A program made the translations under genes and the position numbers. The notes beneath the pieces are model-generated. The model saw nothing but the letters and a program-made list of their open reading frames with translations. It ran no database searches and was not told the DNA's origin. Positions 1-10,379 of a stretch of 64,000 nt of DNA are shown here, piece after piece; the first letter of the stretch is position 1, and each line of letters starts with the position of its first letter. The stretch is from Okamejei kenojei (lineage: Eukaryota). The stretch spans positions 15,314,001 through 15,378,000 of the forward strand of contig CM069160.1 in NCBI GenBank assembly GCA_035221665.1, in the 5' to 3' direction.

Positions 1-521
1 ATCTACGCACCAAAGATCCCATAGCGGAGCAATGATACTAGTGCGGAGATGGAAGCTGGTTACGGAAACATCCTCATAAAAATCAAAGATCTTTGGTAAA
101 AATCTTCTCCTCATTTTCTTTCTGCCTCTCTGCCTCACAATAAAAAGCAAAAAGGTGCGTATGTTCTTTCCACAGCGTCTGGGAAGTCTGGCCGGGATCA
201 GCATGGCTGGGATGCCAGGCTAAAGTTGCGGGGAGAATTGCAATGTATTTTTAACAGAATTATAATTTATTAACATATTAATCATTAACCAAAATATAAC
301 AATTATGAATTGACAAAATTATGAATTATGAATCTAACCATATATCACACCTACAAACTGTTCCCCCGCAATGCTGATTACACTGCGAGAGGGACATACA
401 AAGTCGGGTCGAGTTACTGAAATGGCCGAAGAAATGGCCCACGTTCAGCTCCATTGCGTACTACTCGTCAGCCCATTGGATTTAACAGGAGTGGACTATT
501 TTGCTCACTACAGGATCTTTG
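1..521. mobile_element. Same MITE, cut by the window edge
   Basis: TIR at 489-521, an extra internal TIR copy at 11-38, followed by TSD cttggga. Confidence 0.65.
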
Positions 522-1192
522 CTTGGGACTGTGTGACCCTCTGGAGAGTCTCTGCTTGAGCGAGGCCTAGAGGGTACAGTTGAACTGTAATTGCGCTTTG
601 TTAAAATAAAGATTAGTTGTTCAAGTGCCTGATTCAGTGTTTCTGACTGAAACTAGACTGGGGAGAAGCCTAGAACGAACAATTTACATGGTGACACATC
701 ATGTTAATACGATGTTAATAGAGACATTTAACAAGTGCTTAACAGTGACACCCCCACTGTCTTGTGGAAAGCGGAGATTTTAATTTTTTTTCACCGAAAT
801 TCAAAATCCAGATTACAAAACATGGGGGGGGATTGTCCCCCACCTCTCAAAACATGGGGGGGAGGGGGGGGGGGGGGGGGGGGGGACGCCCTCCAGGATT
901 TCATGCCTTCCTACACTGTAGATGCAACATGCCTTTGGATGTCGTTGCCTGAGGAAATACCTTGTTTTTAATCGACTAGTTTTATGGATCAGTCACATGT
1001 CTCTCTCACTCGATTTGATTGATTGAAGGATACAACATGGAAATCTAGTGACCATAAATACGGGCATTTGATAATAGTGTCTCATTCACTCACTCATTCA
1101 CTCACTCACTCATTTATTTTTTAACTTCTGTCGCGGGCTGTGGGTCTGATTTGCCCTCCCGCTGCCCTAGAGATAGCGGAGTGGTCACTTAC

Positions 1193-1522
1193 CGTTCACC
1201 GTGAGAAACGTCCCTGTCCCACATGCCTCGCTCATCATGGTTTTCACCTGACAGACATACAGACCGGAATCGTTAATCCGCACGTTATTCAATTGTATAG
1301 AAACGTCCATGTCTGTAGACGGTGCATCCGGCGCTTTGACACGACCTCTGTATTCTCCGGTATAATTGGAAACAGACATCCCGTTTGTGGCTCCCTTGAA
1401 CCAATTGTAGGCCCATATGTGATCCGTGGCGTTGTGACTACACGGGAGAATCACCGTGTCACCTTCAGTGGCCACAATGGTGGACGTGTCCTGAATGACC
1501 ACGATCTTCTCAGCGACAACAC
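1193..1522 (-). CDS. NCR3: V2 exon: second VJ-type Ig V domain (tandem duplicate of V1)
   Basis: 330 nt, phase 1-1, open frame, same splice sites as V1; translation GVVAEKIVVIQ...LPCSHNATDHIWAYNWFKG...DSGLYVCQV...CGTGTFLTVN. Confidence 0.85.
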
Positions 1523-2705
1523 CTGCGGGCGGCAAGCAAAGTCTACTTGGTACTTGGGACCCGCTGGTTACACGGTCCCTCACGGGCCCGACCAGAGACG
1601 TTGCCTGTCCATGTTCTCCAGAGATGCTCACTGGCCCGCTGAGCTACTCCAGCACTTTGTGTCCTCTTGTGTACAGTCACAGAGTGGCACCGCGTGGAAA
1701 CAGCCCCCCCCCCCCCCACCACCCCCCCCCCCAGCCCAACTTGCCCACACCGACCAACAATAGACAACAGGTGCAGGAGTAGGCCATTCGGCCCTTCGTA
1801 CCAATACCGCCATTCAATGTGATCATGGCTGATCATCCCCAATCAGTACCCAGTTCCTGCCTTCTCCCCATATCCCCTGACTCCGCTATCTTTAAGAGCC
1901 CTATCTAGCTCTCTCTTGAAAGCATCCAGAGAACCTGCCTCCACCTGCCTCCACCTCTGAGGCAGAGAATTCCACAGACTGAGGAAGAGAATTCCACATC
2001 CAACTTGCCGCATCTACACTATGTGACCCTCTGGAGTGTCTCTGCTTGAGCGAGGCCCAGAGGGCTTGATCAGGCAGATAGGAGGATCTAACCCGCGGTG
2101 GGATAGGTACAGTGGTTGAACTGTAATTGCGCTTCGTTAAAATAAAGATTAGTTGTTCAAGTGCTTGATTCAGTGTTTCTGACTGAAACTAGACTGGGGG
2201 GAAGCCTAGAACGAACAATTTACATGATGACACAGCATGATAATACGATGTTAATAAGACATTTAACAAGTGCTTAACAGTGACACCCCCACTGTCTTGT
2301 GGAAGCGGAGATTTTAATTTTTTTTTCACCGAAATTCAAAATCCAGATTACAAAACATGGGGGGGGGGGGGGGGAATGTCCCCCACCTCTCAAAACATGG
2401 GAGGGACGGGGGACACACACGCCCTCCAGGATTTCATGCCTTCCTACACTGTAGATGCGACATGCCTTTGGATGTGGTTGCCTGAGGAAATACCTTGTTT
2501 TTAATCGACTAGTTTTATGGATCAGTCACATGTCTTTCTCAGTCGATTTGATTGATTGAAGGATACAGCATGGAAATCTAGTGACCATAAATACGGGCAT
2601 TTGATAATAGCGTCTCATTCACTCACTCACTCATTTATTTTTTAACTTCTGTCGCGGGCTGATTCGCCCTCCCGCTGCCCTGGAGATAGCGGAGTGGTCA
2701 CTTAC

Positions 2706-3044
2706 CGTTCACAGTGAGATACGTCCCTGTCCCACATGCCTCGCTCGTCATAGTTTTCACCTGACAGACGTACAGACCGGAATCGTTAATCCGCACGTTA
2801 TTCAATTGCATAGAAGCGTCCATGTCTGTAGACGGTGCATCAGGCACTTTGAGTCTGAATACACGACCTCTGTATTCTCCGGTATAATTGGAAACAGACA
2901 TCCCGTTTGTGGCTCCCTTGAACCAACGGTTGGCCGATATGTGATCCGTGGCGTTGTGACTACACGGGAGAATCACCGTGTCACCTTCAGTGGCCGCAAT
3001 GGGGGACGGGTCCTGAATGACTGCGATCTTCTCAGCGACAACAC
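2706..3044 (-). CDS. NCR3: V1 exon: germline-joined VJ-type Ig V domain, NKp30/NCR3-like
   Basis: Boundaries ccgcAG|GT...aacg|GTAAGT, 339 nt, phase 1-1. Has B-strand Cys (LPCSHNA), C-strand Trp (WFKG), EYRGRV, DSGLYVC and a J-like GTGTYLTV in the same exon. The pattern resembles NKp30 (LPCSFNA, EFRGRL, GNGTRLVV). Confidence 0.85.
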
Positions 3045-3469
3045 CTGCGGGCGGCAAGCAAAGTCTACTTGGTACTTGGGACCCGCTGGTTACACGGTCC
3101 CTCACGGGCCCGACCAGAGACGTTGCCTGTCCATGTTCTCCCGAGATGCTGACCGGCCCGCTGAGCTACTCCAGCACTTTGTGTCCTCTTGTGTACAGTC
3201 ACAGAGTGACACAGCGTGGAAACAGCCTCCCCCCCCCCAGCCCAACTTGCCCACACCGACCAACAATAGACAATAGGTGCAGGAGAACCTATTTAAGAGC
3301 CCTATCTAGCTCTCTCTTGAAAGCATCCAGAGAACCTGCCTCCACCGCCCTCTGAGGCAGAGAATTCCACAGACTGAGGAAGAGAATTCCACATCCAACT
3401 TGCCGCATCTACACTAGTCCCACCTGGCCCATATCCCTACAAACCTATCCTGTCTATGTACCTGTCCAA

Positions 3470-3766
3470 GGCAGGTACAAAATGCTGGGGTAACTCTGCA
3501 GGACAGGCAGCATCTCTGGAGAGAAGGAATGGGCAACGTTTCGGGTCGAGACCCTTCTTCAGACTGGTGCCAGGGGAGGGGCCGGGACAGAGATAGAATG
3601 TAGTCGGAGGCAGTCAGACTGGTGGGACAACTGGGAAGGGGAGGGGATGGAGAGAGAGAAAGCAAGAGCTATCTGAAGTTAGAGAAGTCAATGTTCATAC
3701 CGCGGGGGTTTAAATTGCCCAAGCGAAATATGAAGGTGCTGCTCTTCCAATTTGCACTGGGCCACT
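3470..3766 (-). mobile_element. Penelope-derived short repeat with hammerhead-like core
   Basis: Minus strand agtCTGAAGAagggtctcgacccGAAACGTTgccc. Related fragments lie at 1590-1660, 3110-3180, 8285-8575, 26790-26870, 42545-42730, 47820-48055 and 50725-50825. Confidence 0.55.
3535..3562 (-). ncRNA. Putative minimal type I hammerhead ribozyme core
   Basis: CUGAAGA - stem II gggtc/gaccc - GAAAC-GUU; stem I is weak. Confidence 0.4.
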
Positions 3767-4330
3767 ATAGAAAATAGACAATAGACAATAGGTGCAGGAG
3801 TAGGCCATTCGGCCCTTCGAGCCAGCAACGCCATTCAACGTGATCATGGCTGATCATCCCCAATCAGTACCCCCTTCCTGTCTTCACCCCATATCCCCTG
3901 ACTCCGCTATCTTTAAGAGCCCTATCTAGCTCTCTCATGAAAGTATCCAGAGAACCGGCCTCCACCGCCCTCTGAGGCAGAGAATTCCACAGACTCACTA
4001 CTCTGTGAGAAAAAGTGTTTCCTCGTCTCCGTTCTAAATGGCTTATCCCTTATTCTTAAACTGTGTGGCCCCTGGTTCTGGACTACCCCAACATCGGGAA
4101 CATGTTTCCTGCCTCTAGCGTGTCCAAACCCTTAACAATCATAGATGTTTCAATTAGATATCCTCTCATCCGTCTAAACTCCAGAGTGTACAAGCCCAGC
4201 CGCTCCATTTCTCAGCATATGACAGTCCCGCCATCACGGGAATTAACCTTGTGAACCTATGCTATACTCCCTCAAATTAGGGGACCAAAACTGCACACAA
4301 TACTCCAGGGACCAAATACTGCACACAAGG
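3766..4330 (-). mobile_element. CR1 (HER1-like) LINE 3' fragment
   Basis: Typical CR1 3' end with (aatagac) tail repeats and gtaggccattcggcccttcga. Shorter copies at 1757-1980 and 3264-3375. Confidence 0.8.
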
Positions 4331-4494
4331 GGCGAAACCAATTTAGCCCAATGTACGGGATGTCCCGGCTAATACGGGACAGTTGGCAAAACGCTATTGC
4401 CACCCCACGCCTCCTCGCCACCCCTCACCACCTCCCCCCTCCTTCCCCTCTCTACCCAAGAGCGACCCCATTGAGAAACAGAAATCCAACTCAC

Positions 4495-4540
4495 CCGCGG
4501 CCACAGACAGGATCCACACAATGGCGCCTGGCCCCACCAT
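4495..4540 (-). CDS. NCR3: Leader (signal peptide) exon of NKp30/NCR3-like receptor
   Basis: Minus strand reads ccagtgATGgtggggccaggcgccattgtgtggatcctgtctgtggccgcgg|GTGAGT = MVGPGAIVWILSVAAG. It is 46 nt, has a good Kozak context and a consensus phase-1 donor. It splices in frame to the V exons to give MVGPGAIVWILSVAAGVVA/EKI. The symbol is a family-level assignment; orthology is not proven. Confidence 0.8.
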
Positions 4541-4789
4541 CACTGGATAAACCACACAGGGAAAATGGAAATTCAGCGACCAGCTCCTAAGCCCATCCCC
4601 CCCACCCCCCCACCCCTTCCCTCATCCACCATGGATTGAATTGCCATTAATTCAGCGTGCAAAAGAGCTGGGGGTGATGGAATTGTCGGCCATTTCATTC
4701 TCCGTACACCCAAACCACTCTCCACTGAGGCTAGTCGCGGCCCTCGTAAAAAACAATCAAAGTGCGCCAGATTGAATTAAGATATTCCA

Positions 4790-5030
4790 CGGGTTCCCTC
4801 CGACTGAAGAACGACCGCGGTTTGGGACCGCGTGGCTTTTTCTCCGGGATCTCCGGGATCTCCGGTTTCCGCCCACACTCCAAAGACCCATCGGTTCGTG
4901 GGTTAATTGGCTTGTGAGAAATGCACACTGTCCCCAGTGTGTGTGTAGGGTAGTGTTGGTGTGCGGGGAATCGCTGGTCGGCGCGGCCTCGAAGGGCCTG
5001 TTTCCGAGTTGTATGTCTGAACTAAACTTG
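4790..5030 (+). mobile_element. HE1-type V-SINE fragment
   Basis: V-domain core ctccggtttcc.cccacactccaaagac and CR1-like tail. Confidence 0.7.
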
Positions 5031-5149
5031 GGTTTTGTAATCGCTACCGGCCTGTCCAAAGCGGCCATTCACGGTCAGGGATCGGGCAGTCGATGCATTA
5101 GCCCATGTCGACGGACTGGCCCTTTCCAAGAGTATTTCGTTTAAAATGT

Positions 5150-7295
5150 TTTATTTATTATTATTGTTTTTTGTTAGAAGCATTGTACATACATTTTAAT
5201 CAAGATATGCAACATAATACATTTCGTGTACAACTTCTCTTTTTTTTTAAATTTTATACACTTTAACCTATAATAGAAAAAAAAGAGAAAGCAGAGAAGA
5301 ATGAGAATAGTGGTGAAGTGTAGTCCGCAGCGGTTGGCGTTAGATGAATGATGATGGTCAAGCAGACTGCGTGCTTGAGAATGTGAACAACAGAAAGAAA
5401 AGAAAGAAAAAAGAAAAAAAAACAAGGCCCCAAAGAGAAGAGGGCCTTAAGAAGGGAAAGGAAATAAGTAAAACATCCAAAGAAGGTAGAGCTAAAGAAA
5501 AAAGAAAGGGAATGTGCCTAACTCATTACCATTCACACCCATCACCTAGTTCTTAAACAATAACTTACTAGGGTTATGCTGCACCATATTATACTTCTAA
5601 CAAATCAATAAAAGGTGACCATATTCTTAAGGATTGTTCTTGTTTTCCTGCTAGAACGAGTCTCATTTCCTCGAGATGTAATATTTCCGACATATTTGTG
5701 ATCCACATTTTAAACGTTGGGATAGGAGCGTTTTTTCCAGAATTTAAGCATATGATTTTTTTGCCGTTATTCAACCATAGTTTAGGAAACATCTTTGAAA
5801 TATGGTTAGTTCAGAGCAGGCTTCCCTTGCTCCGAAGATAATTAATTCTGTGTTTGGGTCCAGTCTTAATTTAAATATTTTTGAAAAGCTTTCAAAAATG
5901 TCCTTCCAAAAATTCTGAAGTTTTGCACAGGGAACAAATGAGTGTGCTATTGTTGCCTCGTTAGTTAGGCACTTATCACAGAAGGGAGAGACTTTGGAAA
6001 TATTTTATTTAGTTTTGTTTTTGAGTAATATAATCTGTGTACAATTTTAAATTGGATCAGTGTATGTCTAACGTTATTCGAACATTTATATACATATGAC
6101 ATATAGTCTTCCCATCTGTCCTTGGGAATTTCTATAGCCAATTCTTGATCCCAATTCTTTTCTTATACCTTCTGTCGAAGGTATATCTATATTTAGAATA
6201 GTATTATAAAAATATGATGTTAAATGATCCAATTCTACTTGTCTATTCATGCCTTGCTCTAGAAGATCCAACTTCAAATTTTGATCATCTGGTGAGTGTT
6301 TTTTCACATAATCTCGGGTTTGTAAGTATCTAAAATATTGATTGTTTTCCAAATTGTATTTAAGCTGTAAGTCTTGGAATTGTAAACATTTTCCCTCTTC
6401 ATACAAATCTTCCCAAGTCTTAATTCCTAATCGTTCCCAGAGCGTGAACGTTTTGTCAATAGTCGATGGCTCAAACGCCGGGTTGTTAGCTGTCGATGAG
6501 AGAAGCGAAAGATTTCTTAATTTAAGGGAGGATTTTATTTGTCTCCAAATTCGTATTGTGCTGTGAATCATCGGGTTTCTCTTATATATTGTGCTCTTCA
6601 ATTTTATTGAGCAGAAAAGAATCGCTCCTATGTTAAAAGGAATGCAATCCTCCTTCTCCATTATTGTCCATTCTGCCTGTTGTGATGAACTATCCAACCA
6701 GTACATTATATTTTTAATGTTCACTGCCCAATAGTAGTACGTAAAATTGGGAAGTGTGTCCACCATATTCATAAATGTCTTCTTTGAATTCTATGGGATT
6801 TATAGTCCCACATGAAATTTGTAATGTATGAGTCAATTTTTTTAAATGAGTTTTTAAAGTATATATGTAGGTATTGCTTGGAATCAATAGAGTATTTGTG
6901 GAAGAAAAATCATTCTAATGGCATTTATTCTGCCTATTAAGGACATCGGTAGTGTTTTCCAAAATTGGATCGATGTTTGTAATTTAGTAAGTAAGGGCAG
7001 ATAATTTGCGTTAAATAGAGATTTATATTTTCTAGTAATTTGAAAACCCAAGCATTTAAATCTTTCTGTAGTAATTCTAAAAGGGTATTTTAAAAGATGT
7101 GTTTTATCGTCATTATTTCGCTTTTATTCCAATTTATTCTATATCCTGAAAAGGAACCAAATTCTTCTATTAAGTTTAATAGATTTGGTATGCTAATTTG
7201 TGATTTTGTAATATATAATAATACATCATCTGCATATAATGATATTTTATTATTAGAGTTTTATGTATTGTAACCGTGAATATTGGGGTGCATTC
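5150..7295 (-). mobile_element. L1-clade LINE, 5'-truncated (ORF2 C-terminal half, 3' UTR, A-rich tail); inverted copy at ~33560-35812
   Basis: ORF 6086-6772 has LPNFTYYYWA and QYFRYLQTRDY, typical of fish L1 ORF2; Cys/His C-terminal region downstream. Confidence 0.85.
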
Positions 7296-7302
7296 TAGAG
7301 TA

Positions 7303-7629
7303 TTTAGTTTGTTTTTAGTTTGAGAGATACAGCGCGGAAACAGGCCCTCGGCCCACCACCTCGCACACCTCGCACACCAACACTATCCTACACACACGAT
7401 CACCCCGCACACCAGCACTCTAAGGTCGATTTACAATTTTTACCAAAGCCAATTAACCTACAAATCTCTACGTCTTAGGAGTGTGTGGGGGGGAAACCGG
7501 GGCACCCGGAGTAAACCCATGCGGGTCACTGGGAGAACGAGCAAACTCCGTACAGACAGCGCCCGTGGTCAGGATTGAACCCGGGTCTGTGGCGCCGTGA
7601 GGCGGCAACTCTACCGCTGCGCCACCGTG
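7303..7629 (-). mobile_element. HE1-type tRNA-derived V-SINE, full length; inverted copy at ~33220-33550
   Basis: A box tggcgcagcgg, B box ggttcaatcc, V core and (aaact)n tail. Confidence 0.85.
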
Positions 7630-8024
7630 TCTCGCATAAAGATTCCCGGCATCTGCAGTCTTTTGTGTCTCCGAGATACAGCCACACAATGAATACAGTA
7701 CAGATGTCATTCTAAAGTCTACCTTTGTTAGAGTTGTGAGTCTTTCTCCCCTGCAGCGATCAAGCCTTGCTGGATGTACCTTGTATCTCCTGGTCGCGGC
7801 TCAAATCCGTCTCCTTTGTAGATGCCAACTGACTTTGCGTCCTCTCTCCAGCCTCCCCCCTCTCTCTCTCTCCATCCAATCTCACATCACACAACACGAG
7901 CGGGCTTGTAGGTTAATTGTCCCTGCTGTAAAATTGCCCCCGAGTGAGAAGATAGTGGTCGAGAAAGCGGGATAACACGAGGGACCTGTTTCCACGCTGT
8001 ATCTCTCAACTGAACTAGGAAGCG

Positions 8025-8088
8025 CTCTCTCGCTCTCTCTCCCTCTCTCTCTCTCTCTCTCACTCTCTCTCTCTCTCTCCCTCTCTCT
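8025..8088. repeat. (CT)n microsatellite
   Basis: Seen directly. Confidence 0.9.
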
Positions 8089-8394
8089 GACCGCCTGTAC
8101 AACAATAAGTAGACTTCGTGCGCTTGGGTCGCGGTTTGAGGAACCAGCACTGGCTCTATTTCCATGTCAGCGTGAACAGATCAGGCCGAGCGCGCTAGCG
8201 AGCAGCCGAAGTCAGAAGTGGCTATTTCTGATCTTTAAGCGAGAGTATTATTAGAGCGATATATAGCGCGGAAACAGGGCCACGGTAGACACAGGGTGCT
8301 GGAGTAACTCGGCGGCTCTTCAGTGTAAGTCAGCATCTGCAGTTCCTTCCTTCACATAAAGAATTGCAGATGCTGGTTTATACAAAAGATAGAC

Positions 8395-9570
8395 ACAGAG
8401 TACTGGAGTAACTCAGCGGGTCAGGCAGCATCTGTGGAGAACATGGATAGGTGACGTTTCACAGAGTGCTGGAGTAACTCAGCGGGTCAGGCAGCATCTG
8501 TGGAGAACATGGATAGGTGACGTTTCACAGAGTGCTGGAGTAACTCAACGGGTCAGGCAGCATCTGTGGAGAATCAATCAACCTTTATTGTCATCTTGCA
8601 AAGCAACAGTTGTCCAGTGCGAAATGAGAAGACTTTTCCCAGGGAATACCAGAGCATCGCACATAAAGCTTAAACATTTCACACATAAATAAAAATAATA
8701 AAAACAATCCAGTCCCTGATAAAAACAATACAACAGTTAAAAGTGCAGGTAAAAAAACCCAGCAACAAGTAAAAACATTCATAAATTGCCCAGGGCAGCT
8801 GATTTAAGTGGCCAGTGCCAGAGTTTCTTATTAAATTGTCAGTGCAAAAAAGCAGCAGCATCAGGTGGATGACTGTTTAGCAGCCTCACAGCCCGTGGAA
8901 GGAAGCTGTTTAATGCCTGGTTGTCCGGGCTTTGATGCTGCGGAATCTCTTGCCTGATGGCAGGAGATCCAGGTTTGTGTGGTGTGTGTGGGTGGGGGGG
9001 GGGGGGGGGGGGGGGGGCAGTCTGTCCTTTGCGATGCTCGGTGCTTTTTTCAGGCAGCGGCTCTGGAACAGTTCTTGTACCGAGGGCAGGGAGACGCCAA
9101 TGATCCTCTCTGCTCCCCTCACTACCCTCTGCAGAGCCTTTCCGTCTGAGCAGTTGCAGTTGGAGTACCGCATGTTAATGCAGGACGTGAGCACAGACTC
9201 CACCGTGCCCCTGTAAAAAATCCCGAGGATGTTGGCGGGGAGTGAGGCCTGTTTGAGTTTCCTCAGGTAGTGCAGTCGCTGATGGGCCCGTTTCACAATC
9301 CCAGTGTTGTTCCTGGAACAGGTGAGACTGACTGTGATTTGCACTCCGAGGGACTTTATGTTCCCCACTCTCTCTCTGGATAGGTGACGTTTCACAGAGT
9401 GCTGGAGTAACTCAGCGGGTCCGGCAGCATCTGTGGAGAACATGGATAGGTGACGTTTCACAGAGTGCTGGAGTAACTCAGCGGGTCAGGCAGCATCTGT
9501 GGAGAACATGGATAGGTGATGTTTCACAGAGTGCTGGAGTAACTCAGCGGGTCAGGCAGCATCTCTGGAG
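8395..9570. repeat. 66-bp tandem repeat (~6 units) interrupted by a Rex1 element
   Basis: Unit acagagtgctggagtaactcagcgggtcaggcagcatctgtggagaacatggataggtgacgtttc at 8395-8573 and 9378-9570. Confidence 0.85.
8572..9375 (-). mobile_element. Rex1/Babar-clade LINE 3' fragment
   Basis: KRAHQRLHYLRKLK...FYRGTVESVLT...LQRVVRGAERIIG...LLPSGKRFRSI; ends aataaaggtt(gatt)n. Confidence 0.85.
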
Positions 9571-10039
9571 GAAGGAGGATAGGCGACCTCTGTGGTCGGG
9601 ACGCTTCCGAATCTGCAAATCTGAAGAAGGGCGTCCACACGAAACATCGCCCCCCCCCCCCACACACACACACACATTGAAGTACATTAGCTAATGTCCA
9701 CATGGATTCAGACACAGTGGGGAAATTCTAAAAAACCACAAATGATTGTCGGATATTCTGACAGCACAGACATATTCACAGCCGTCTCTGACACGGATGC
9801 GATGTTATTAATAGACACATTCGCAATGTCAGAAATACATACAGTCGTTCACACAGTCTACTGAACCACTCACTCGAATTCGCAGTAGAACACGTAGTCC
9901 AGCCACTAACNNNNNNNNNNNNNNNNNNNNNNNNNNNNNNNNNNNNNNNNNNNNNNNNNNNNNNNNNNNNNNNNNNNNNNNNNNNNNNNNNNNNNNNNNN
10001 NNNNNNNNNNNNNNNNNNNNNNNNNNNNNNNNNNNNNNN

Positions 10040-10121
10040 CACACACAGTGCACACACACTCGCACACACATACACACACACACACACGCACGCACACACA
10101 CACACTCACACGCGCACACAC
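10040..10121. repeat. (CA)n microsatellite next to a gap
   Basis: Seen directly. Confidence 0.9.
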
Positions 10122-10379
10122 AGCTTTTATCACTGCATCGAGTGACAACGTGTTCCTCGGCAAAAACAAGCAGGGCAAATGTTTAATCAATAAGTCTGGG
10201 CGATTAGGGAAGAATTATTGACGGTGGGTGGGACGACCGATAGTTGCAATCTCTGACACACACTCACACACACACACACTGACTGATGCGACTGCAGAAG
10301 TAAAAATCCCCACAGCGTTGAACAAGTGATTAGACATGTTTGTATAAACCCCCAAGACATAGGGCGACACAGTAACGGT

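Larger units (their letters stand above)
529..3415. repeat. Tandem duplication (~1.4-1.5 kb units, 529-2020 and 2021-3415), each carrying one V exon
   Basis: Same order of LTR end, dispersed repeat, (cact)n, V exon and CR1 tail in both units; roughly 95% identical by eye. Confidence 0.9.

Noticed and set aside
1140-1763. 207-aa plus-strand ORF (and 2806-3276)
   Set aside because: Antisense shadow of the V exons running into repeat and poly-C sequence.
2710-2716. CACAGTG RSS heptamer at the end of V1
   Set aside because: No nonamer at 12- or 23-bp spacing, it lies inside the coding J-like strand, and V2 has caccgtg. There is no evidence for RAG rearrangement.
8090-8230. CpG-rich patch with ATG in a good Kozak context (minus strand, 8165)
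   Set aside because: No signal peptide or suitable donor, and the ORF runs into a (GA)n tract. It could be regulatory, but I cannot support that.
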